Shown one piece after another: positions 37,301 through 47,600 of a stretch of 64,000 bases of DNA. Made by a program: the position numbers and the translations under genes. The notes under the pieces were generated by a model, which saw only the letters and a list, made by a program, of their open reading frames with translations, ran no database searches and was not told the DNA's origin. The stretch's first letter is position 1; every line of letters starts with the position of its first letter. This stretch comes from Paraspadella gotoi (taxonomy: Eukaryota; Animalia; Chaetognatha). Location of the stretch: positions 24,223,657 through 24,287,656 of the forward strand of contig CM119263.1 of the NCBI GenBank assembly GCA_051294375.1, written 5' to 3'.

Positions 37301-40300
37301 TCGGGCTCGGGTTTGTCGACCAACGTCATCGCCGCCTCGGGCTCAGCCGCTGCCGCCGATTCTTCGGGCGGTCGAAGCGCGACTTCGCGGTCGGGGAACG
37401 ATCTCGCTTGGGCTTCGGGCGGAACAAGGCGAGAGTTAAGCGATGAGGCGGTCTCGGTTAAGCGACGATTTTNNNNNNNNNNATGAAACTCGCGCGAGGT
37501 ATCTTCGCTAGAAAAAAGTCGATGAGATTCGGGAAGGATGTTTGAGATGTGAGTGGATAACAAAGATAGGTTTTGTCCGTTGGGAATCGTTCGCGTCGGC
37601 GCTTCTATGTTAGAGTATCGACTTAGTGCGTTGTTGGACGAAAGAATATCCTCGCCGGTCAAAGTCGAACGCGGTCGAGAATCTTGGCGAGGCTGGACCG
37701 GCTCGTTCTGCCGGGGTTCCTCGTCCGAAGGCACATGAGGAACTGCAGGTTTTAAGGGTTGCTGAAAAACGTCCGAGGGAGGGACCATCGAAGATTCTTG
37801 AAGAGGACCGGGTTCAAATAGCTGTACGATTAATGATAAAGTTTAAAATAGAATGAAATTGGTACAACCATTATAAAAATTATAAAAAAATATATTTTTA
37901 CTTGATGATTCAGTAATGATGGGTGAAGTTGTTGTTCCGAATCAAATTCCGTTTCGGCGGAGAGTCTTTCGGACTGAGAAGGATCGCTGATAAAAGTTAA
38001 GTGTTGGTGACCAGACGAATCACGGTGGACAGACGGCGAATGATCGAATCGCTCATGAATATGCGTAATTGTTGCCCCAGGTTGCGCGTGTTGCGTGGTA
38101 GTTTGCAAGTTTTCAGGCGTAGCAACAGAGAGAGAGTTAACGCTAGAAACTTGCTCAATGGTGTCGGACTGAAGATAAGTCTGACCGATAGCTTTTGTCG
38201 AAGTCTCTCGGACCTCTAAAGTCGAAGACTGAACAAGGACTACAGAGGCATCTTTTTCAGAGTTTCCTTCCTAAAAAAAGTACGGAAATACGTATTTAAA
38301 GTACGTGATTTATAATGACAGCAAAGAGCTCACCTGATTTTTTTCAAAATCCGTTTCACATTGAACGACCAAATTTTTCTTGTGAGTCCTCATGTGTTTT
38401 CTACAATTTACATTAGTCTTGAAAGTCTTTCGGCAATAAGGGCACATATATGGTCGAGTTTCTGAATGAGTGCTCATGTGACGTTTGAGCGAGCCATTGG
38501 TAGTGAACTTGGTGTAACATATTGAGCAAGTAAAAGATTTTAAACCTTCAATAAATAAAAATTTAAACATCAGGACCAAATATCGAGGGGCTGAATGAAG
38601 TAAGCGAAAAATATTACCGAGATGAGTCCTCAAATGAGCCTTAAGCACTCCCGTTGACACAAAAGAGCAATTGCACTCCATGCATTGAAAAGGTTTCTCT
38701 CCAGTGTGAGATCGTATATGCTGCTTTAAATGACTGCTCTTCTTAAAGGCAGCTATGCAACGATTGCAACGATAGGGCCGATCTGTCAATCCCGAACGCA
38801 TATGGGTCATTTTCGGACGAAGTTGCACGAAGCCTTTATAATTTAAAAAAAAAAATAATTCGTAAAAATTTATACAGCGAATTTTCGGGCGCGAGTTAAA
38901 AAAAAAGTTGAATAACATTGGATGCAACTATAACCCTTTATCAATGACCAAAATGGCGAACCTTTATCACTGATGTAAATTGGTTGTTGCAGAGCTTCGT
39001 CCGGAATTTCCGTTTCCTTCTTAAGCCTTCGCCTCCTTTCTTCGCGGGCGGTTTTGAAATGAGAAGCCACGTGACTCTTTCGATGACCCGAAGTACGAAA
39101 CACTTTGTCGCAATATGGGCAAGCGTAGGGTCGAAGTCCGGAATGGAGTCGCAAATGAACTTTCAAAGAACCGGAGGACGAAAATTTTTTCCAACACTGA
39201 TGGCACCGGAACTCTTTCGATCCCGCATGGGTTTTTAGGTGAGCCCCGAGTGTACTCTTGACGGCGAAGGTACGAAAACACTGAGGGCACTTAAACGGAC
39301 GTTCCTGGTAGGACGAAATCAGTTTTTTTATTTAAAAAAAGATAATTTTTTTTACTATTAAGTGACATTACCCTCGTGTGAACTCGGATGTGACGAACTA
39401 AATCCGAGGGTTTTTTAAATTCCTTGGTGCAGTAGTTGCAGCGATGCCAACAGACTTTTCCATCTTTCCGAATGACGTGCGTCCTGAATACGCCAGACGC
39501 TGGATCCGCTATAGACAAAGTCTTCATCCGAGGCGACAGGGTATTATCGGACGCTTCCGCAGCTCCCTCTTCACCGAGGGTTTGGGCGGTAGTTGGTTCA
39601 AGGGATGGAGAAGGTTCACAGGAAGGATTTGGCAGCTGACTTCCCGTGAGTGATGAAGGTTCAGAAATGCAACAGGCCGCCGGGGCTGGCTGCGGGTCGT
39701 GAAGCGACGCGATGATTGATCGATCTTGTTCCCGATGCTTTGCCGATGCGGAGGCAGAATGATCGGATATTGCGGTGACATTCTAGGGATTAGTAGAATG
39801 GCCTCGTGAAAACTTAAATCTAGGTAAAGTAGGGAGAGAAGAAGAGAAGAGCGACTATCCTTGTAACCCACCTGACTTTCCGTAGGAAGCGGATTTATAA
39901 CAACGGGTTGTTCCTCCCCAATCAAAACTCCACAATTTCGAAGAGCTTGGGTCAGAATATCCTGCAGAGTCACGGGACGAATAAAGAAACAGAAAACAAA
40001 TATATAATTGGGATTCAGCACATTAACCTGTAATACAATTCTTTAAAAAAAATTGACAACGTTAGACGTCATTTATCGTACTTTTTCATGATCGGCGAGC
40101 TCGCTGTAAGTTTGTGAAAAATTTAACTGGGCTTGCGTTTCAAAACCGGAAGGTAGATTGGCCTCTTGCCCTAAAACTGATTAATTGGTTAATAATTGCT
40201 TTCAAGTGAAAGAGTGATTAGTAGTACTGAACTTATTGGGAGTCATCGAGCACTTACCAAGCTGTTGTGGAGCAACTTGAGCTTGAACGGAACTACTTTT

Positions 40301-43300
40301 ATTTTGAGGTTTCTCCGAGGTTCTCATCACCTGAACATTGTCGCGTTTCCCTGAACCAATTTTAATTGAGAAAAATATTTATATATTGTGGCGGTATATT
40401 CGCATTGCCTCACATCCACCATCGTTCAACCAATCGCATTGGCTCAGATGGGGAACGCACCATCCCAAGTGTTGCGTTCCATCCACAGACCTAACGACTT
40501 CCCTCTATACATTCCCCCCTTTTTGTTCGTTCTTATAGATATGAGTTTTTCATTAATGATTTTTCAACAGGAATGATGTGCGTTATAAATTAGAAATCTG
40601 GAACAAAGTAACCTAACCTTGTGTTGTGCAGATGCAACCTCTATTTCCAGAAGACAACACTAACGTCCCCATCCCAAACAGATAAATAATATTATATTTA
40701 AATATTTAACACAAAAATATTTTAACAAATAAATAAAATCATAAATAATAGTTATTTTAATTAAATCTAAAAAATGAAAAATAAAAAATAAAGAGTGAAA
40801 CAAGTAATTTTACAACTTTCATATAACTTCAAAAAACAATTTAAATCTTACTAGAAAATTTAGGATTCTGCGATCTGCTCTCGTCGTCTCCGGCGTGAAC
40901 CTTGGACATATGCGCGTTAAGGCTTCCAAGCTTTTTAAAGGTACAACTACAAGTGTCACATTTGTAGCGGAGAGTCTCGTCACCGATTGTGTGCACGCGA
41001 AGAATGTGAGAACGAAGGTTCCCTTTTTGACTAAAGGATCGCGAACAAAGATCGCAGCGGTGAGGCTTCAGCATGGAATGTTTCGCCTTGTAAAGCCGAA
41101 AGCGTTTGCATTTATCGCAAAATAGTCATTATTTGAGGTCAATTTTAACTCACCGACTGATGTATAAGTAAAGCTCCCTTTTGATTAAATGTCTTATTAC
41201 AAATGACACATTTAAATGGTCGTTCCCCAGTGTGAACACGAATATGTCTCTCCAATTGGGAAGGTTTTTTAAAAGATTTATCGCAGAATTTGCACGCGGT
41301 ACGAGAATCTTTTGGAAAAGTATCACCTGTAAGAATAAACAATTAAACATTTAGGCAGGTTACGAAAAGAAAAATTAATTAAGGAAAAACTACCATCTGC
41401 TTGTACGGAGTCTGGATGTTCTGGCTCTGTTTTAGCACTTGGTGCCTCTTCAACTGATCTCGTGGATTTCTCACGCTGCCTCGCAATAAGATACTTGCTT
41501 TTCCGTTTTTTCTTCCGAGCATCTTGTTAGAAAGGAGAAGGTAAATTACAAGCTTCACCAGAAGCAACTTGAAAGTTTAAACAAAAACATGGTCTCAACT
41601 CACAAAGAATGTTCTTCATCTTCCGGTGAATTCTAAGATGCCCTTTCAAATCCTTGTGCCGTTCGAATGTTTCCCCACAGTCGGAACACTGATAAACCCT
41701 GTTTATGAGGGTATCCTGCATCAAAACTTCTTCCACTCCAGCAAAAGCTGGAGATTGATGATGGTCGTCTTGGTCCATGCCTAAAAATATTCGGATCAAA
41801 ATGGCAGCTTTAAAACTCTGGCAATTTCAATAATCAGCATCGAAATCACCATCCGCAATGTTCTCGAATAGGATCCTACATCTTTCGCTCTCCGATTGAG
41901 TCGAGGGATCCATCCCCAGCCGTACATTTTCGTCCTCGTCAATCTCGTGCTCCTTGGCGTGCCGTTTAAGCTGCAAGAGGGTGCTGAACTCTTCGCCGCA
42001 TTCGTTGCACATCAAGGTCTCGTCGCGCTGGTGAAGTAGGAGATGGGCCTTGAGAGAAGCCAGGCGAGAAAAAGTTTTTCCGCACTCGGGACAAGCTGGC
42101 CGCCCGTCGCGGTGAATGGCGTCGTGAAGTACGAGGTTTTCTTGAACGTTGAAAGACTCGCCGCAACCGCTCGCGAGGCACGGAAAGGGTTTCTCGTCGA
42201 GGTGCTTCTTCTTGTGTCGACAGAGTTTGCCGTATTTGGCAAAGGACTGTCCACAAACATCACAGACAAAGGGAGGACCTTGATCCTTGGCATCGACGGA
42301 GGCGTTCTTGGCGTTGGCCTCCAAGTCTTTAGAAGTGACGACGATGCAATGAGATTTAATCGGGCGTGGCTGGGGTGGCTCACAAGAAACAGTTGTTGGT
42401 TCTGCCGCTTCATTTCGTTCTGAATAAATAGAAGATAAAAACAATTTTCATTGCTAGGTGCTTACTGCCTCGGAATAATTATAGGGAAATTACCTTCTGA
42501 TAAGGTTCGCTCTGGAATTATCTCGGTAAAGTTGCTTTGTTGATGGGCTTGAATTACTTCGTGAGTTAACTGTTCAGCATTTAGCAGCAACTGTAATTGT
42601 TCTTCACTCAACTGAACGACCATCCCAAGTCCATCTGCAAAAGGTTATTGTCGTCAGCTACAAAGGTTTACAAAGTTTACAAAGGTAAAAAATATATTTT
42701 ACTCAGTATTTAACTGTTTTTCTGATCGGTTGGGCTCGTTTCCTGAACGTTGGCGAGAGTGTTGAGATCTACTGGAATGGCGACAACATTGTCCAGTGGC
42801 CCGTTTGCAGACTATATTAACAATAAATCAATTATATTAGTTAATAGTTAGGCTTGAAAACTGTGGTCAGTAAAATGTTTGTACTAGGGCATTGCTTAAG
42901 TTCACCCCGCCTATAAGCATGACACCTTCAGTCGTGACCCGGTGCCTCATTGAGTAATGCCATCAGCTCATGACCAGTAGGTACCGGGTTCAATCCCAAC
43001 CCGGTACGGGGGGCGTGGAAAACTCTCAAGCCTGGTTTCAAACTCAAGACCCGTTCCGTGACTGCTAGAGGGGTTAAAGAAGTTGCGGATAGTCATCTTC
43101 AGCCCACTTCGCGCCTTATCCACATCCACTACCTGCAAAACATTGATAGAATGCTGGCTTCCATCTTCCTGAATTATCGTAATGACTTGAGGCTGCAAAG
43201 CTTGCACGGACTGTTGTTGGGGCTCCTGTTGCGCCAAGATCTGTTGATCCGCGATTCTCGTTGATTGATCGACAGTCAGGTTGATGGTTTGACCGTCAAC

Positions 43301-43468
43301 TAAAAGCAAATTTGAAAATCAGCCTTTAATCCAAGACGACAAATAAAGCAAATAACTACCTGTGATCAAAGAAAGCGGTTGAGCCGATCCCACTATGCTG
43401 GGCCACGTTGCTTCACCCAGCGCGACCGAATCGAGGGGCACCAACTGAATGCCGGACGCCATCGTCAT
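34317..43468 (-). CDS. ZNF236: Multi-C2H2 zinc finger protein, ZNF236-like
   Basis: Many C2H2 fingers, with recurring [47 protein letters not shown] and [10 protein letters not shown] motifs characteristic of ZNF236. Confidence 0.85.
40387..40510. mobile_element. Structured solo-LTR-like family B, truncated copy
   Basis: tgtggcggtatattc...ggaacgca..tgcgttcc..ctaacgacttccctct. Confidence 0.7.
42862..43101 (+). mobile_element. Degenerate solo-LTR-like insert with a tRNA-like (A/B box) segment
   Basis: It starts TGTGGTCAGTAAAAT (cf. TATGGTGGACTAAAAT) and ends GTCATCTTCA. It contains a B box (GGTTCAATCCC) and a possibly decayed P4/L4 (cctggtttcaaactcaag). No TSD is visible. Confidence 0.45.
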
Positions 43469-43807
43469 CGGGACATAAGCAGCGTCACTAGATGGCTCCG
43501 CAAATATTTCTTGGAATTTGAGTCGCCCGTTGAATAGTTCATCTTGAATCGAACATTAAGTTTATATTTGGGGCTGTTTTTAAAACGAAATTAAATCAAC
43601 GTAACAAAATCCAAAACGATCTTCACCATATAATTAGTATTTATTGTAACCAATTTTAAATTAATCATGAATGAATTGAATTAATAAACAAAATATTTTT
43701 TCATAAAATATCTAAGAAAAATATCTCAATAATTCCGAATTGATTCTACATATATGTATTATTACGTATTGGAAATTCATCAAAATGCATCGACGATCAA
43801 GCGTCGA

Positions 43808-44495
43808 TCATTCAACCAGAGACGAATCCAACTCAACTCGACGATCGGGATTCTCCAAAATTTCGACGTCGACCCCGGAAATCTCGGCGGCCATTTGGTT
43901 TTTAGCGGCTTGGAGCGGAACTCCCATGCTGATCATTCGGAAATATCTTTTGAAATTTGGATGGTCTTTGGCTTTCACGCCATCGGACGGGGTGTCTGAA
44001 ATAATTTCTTCGACAGGGTCGTCGAGTACAGTGGGGGGTGGCTGAGATCCGCTCAAAGGCAATTCTTCCGATGTTTGGGACGGTGGAGCGGATGACGTCG
44101 GGCCAGCCTCAGCGGGCTTTTCTAAGCTAGGCTTCTCTCCTACATTTTCCAGACCCGTGATCGAGGACAATTTCGCCTCCAATATCTGCAGTGTCGCCTC
44201 TACCTTCTCCACTCGAACGGAAACTCGTTCCAACCTAATTATTTCGGCGCAAATCTTTGCCAATTGGATAATTTATGTATAAGATAATATTTTCGAAGAC
44301 AAGACATTTCCTAGCCCGTTCTTCGGATGTTGATTCCTACCTTTCCTCGCACGAACAAGAAAACTTATTAAGAAAAGATACTGAATGAGCGACAAAGTGA
44401 TTGACGAAAGAAAGCAAGCGCCGCGGATTCATTGGGTCCAAAGTACGTAAATCGATGCCCGGGGAAACGAGTGGAAGGCCCCGGGCGTCCATCAT
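43808..44495 (-). CDS. WASHC3: WASH complex subunit 3 (CCDC53)
   Basis: MMDARGLPLVSPGIDLRTLDPMNPRRLLSFVNHFVAHSVSFLNKFSCSCEER / VEATLQILEAKLSSITGLE / KDHPNFKRYFRMISMGVP; two exons. Confidence 0.92.
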
Positions 44496-44685
44496 CAATG
44501 CAAAATACAGAGTAATTAAAACTAAAACGATTTGAATAAGAATGAGGTATTGCGGATTTTATAACATAATGAGAAATGAACAACAACGAAGCATTTTTAA
44601 TACAAAACAATGGGACTACAGCCAAAGAGCCAGCTCTTAAAACGATAAAACATCTGGATAATTGATAAATTGTATTCACGTTTAT

Positions 44686-47600
44686 TCACAGCCAACTCTC
44701 CATTTCTTTAGCGTATTCTTCCTTGGGAATGAAGGGTCTGTCGATTGCCCTGATCATGAATTCTCCGCAAAAGAGACATTCGGCGGCGATAAAATCGTCC
44801 AATTCTTGCTTTATTTGTTGTTTTATAGTGATAGCGGGAGCGCCTAAGTGAGCGCATAAAAAAAATTAAGCAAGAGATTATAATTATTAATTAATTGGCA
44901 TCGTCGTACCCGATGCTGTAGAACCCATCGAGACACGTTCGCTACCAAGATTACCAATATTCTCCTTAGCGGTCACCTCCTCCAGTTTACGTATCAGCTC
45001 TTCGACCTGGAATGTAATTAAATTCTTCGAACTAGATCGCAGTTAATTATGTGGGGAATGAGGGAACTAACCTGGCGCCTTTTGTTAGGAGTTGCTAGGG
45101 GAAGTATTTCTTCGATGATGCAGTCAGAATGGAATTTGTGGCCGCAAGGAAAAACATAAAATGGCCTGAGAAAATACAAAATAGCATCAACACAAAAAAC
45201 AAAAGTATTTCCGCTTTTTCTTGTTAACCTCACTACGACGGGATAAGCGCATATTTCGCATTTGTCTTGCGTTTGAACAAATGCGAATCTTGATCGGAAC
45301 ATTGCAATGTCTGAGCGGATCTGGAAAACAAAATACTAAAATTGCTGACGCGAAAAAAAGGCAACATTAACTCATCAACAGCTTTATATATAATTACTTG
45401 AGTGGCTGATGCCGTCGCTTCTTCCATCTCTTTTTTGAGCGATTCAATGTGATCGTTATATTGATGCAAGGATTTGCATATAGGTTCTGCGAACGAGTTT
45501 TTTTTTGGCACAACGAAGACTTAGAACGAATTTAAATTTTAAAAATTACCTTTAAAATGATCGATGGTAACAAAATCCGGGAAAAAAGGAAGGACGTCCT
45601 CAATCTTGAGCATATCTCCCGGCGCTTCTTGCAAGACCGCCATCGCCGCCTCCATGTTTGAAAGACCGACGCCGTCGCCGCCCTCGTCACGTTCAATGAC
45701 GAAGCGAGCGATGCGAAGCCACAATTGTTTCCGAACCTTAAAGCACAACAATTTCATAGCGACGAGCTAGAACATTCAAAAAATTCCAGACTACTGCTTC
45801 AATTACATCCACACTAAAAGGTTTCTTTCACAGACCTCATCCTCGACTTCGCACTGATTGGCGTGCATCTTAGCCAAGGCGACGTCCACCTCCAGTGCTA
45901 ATTCGACGGCCTCTTCATGAAGGCCCATGACAGAGTAGATCTTGACGCAGGCAGCCTTGTGACCGTGCTCGGAGCAGAGGCGGAGGGCGTACTTGAGATC
46001 GTAGCAGACGTCAGAGTCGGAACCTTGCAAATCGAGGTACTGCAGCAGAGCGTCGGGTTGAAACTGTTTCAGGGGAAAAGGAGAGATTTCAATTAACATG
46101 TTAATACGGCTTAAATTCAAAACGCGTACGAGACGAAAATCGTTTTACTTGACAATAAAGGGACAAGAGATAATTGTGGATGGCTTGGTCATTGTTCTGC
46201 AAATGATGAACGCAAAACTCCAAATAATTTATAGCCTCGAGGGTTTGCTCGGTAGGCTTTCCGCCCGACGTTCTATCGCAGCGAACGAGAGCGGGAATTA
46301 ACCTGAAAAGTAACAAAAAATAAAGTTTTACATAACCAAATTAAGGATAGTCCCAAAAGTTACCAAAAACACAAGCGCAAAACCTCTCTACTTTTATCAT
46401 GTTTACAACTCAATTGATTGTTCGAGGGGCGAAATTATACGCAAAAAATAAGGTTCTCTGCATTTCTTTAATTTGCTAACAGACAAATTAAAGAAGAATA
46501 ACAACTATAATGCTTTTAGTTTTTGAATTTGGCAAGGAAATCCAGCCTTTAATCTTTATTTGCTATACAAATTGGGTAAATTTTAATAGTTAGTATTAAA
46601 TTTTCCTCCCAACCATTATAACATAATTTACATAAATAATTGGTTCCCATGTTTTATGTAAAAGTCCGTCCTCATGAGTACATTGATGAAGATTAAAATA
46701 TATGAATAGATGAATATATGAATGCTTTCCAAGCTAATAATTTGGCAAAAAAAAAAATCATTAATGATTTTAATTCATTTTTTTTCAGTAAGTTTTCATA
46801 TACATGTTTCGACTCTGTAGTTTAGAGTCTTCATCAGTGTTTTTTTTAAATACAATTCGTTACCAAAACAAATCAAATTGTTTTTCTTCTAATTACTAAA
46901 AACAAGATGGATATAAAGTTTTGATGGAATCAGACAAGTGGAAAATAGTTTAAATAGAAAAAACAAAGGTCACATTTATAATTTTAAATTCTTTTTAAAT
47001 TTTAAAGTGTCTTTCTCTCTCAGTTAAAATGATTGATTGACTGATTGATCAGTTGATTGAATGATTGATTTATAGATTCCTTTGATTAACCGCTAAATTA
47101 TCGTGGGCAGATCCGACATTGTTTGTTCAAACTTGTTAAAATCTGAATTCATCTTGATACACTTTTAAGTACATATCAACAAATGTCCAAACCTTGAAGG
47201 ATCGAGCCTGTGCTTGGCAGCCTTCCAAATCTCTACTGTTTCTCGTGGGGCGTTTTGCATGAGAACTGGAGAGAACTTGTAGTAGAGATCAGGATCAGAT
47301 TGTTTTCTCAGGGCGACGAGTGCGTCCGACCATCGGTCGGTTTTTATGTAGTGATTGATGACTCTGAAAATGGTCAATGATAATAACATTTTATGGTGGA
47401 CTAAAATCCACCAACCGTTCATCAGCGGCCATTGGTGCCGGAGGCAAGTCATTCGCCTCCCAACCCAAAGGTCCGGGGTTCTAGCCCGGTAGTCGTCTGG
47501 CAGTTAAGAGGGACGGGGCGCTTAACCCGCCTGTAACATGGTGTTACAGCCTGATCCGAAGCTCAGGGACTGCTTATATTGAACGGTTCTGTCATTAACA

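Noticed and set aside
40455-40490. TCCCAAG(T/C)-like loop in family B read as a twister L4
   Set aside because: The order of GAGGG, loop and TAA is not a valid circular permutation, and the loop varies among copies.
47425-47496. Functional tRNA gene
   Set aside because: The anticodon and acceptor stems do not pair properly and it is embedded in an LTR. Treated as a tRNA-derived promoter.
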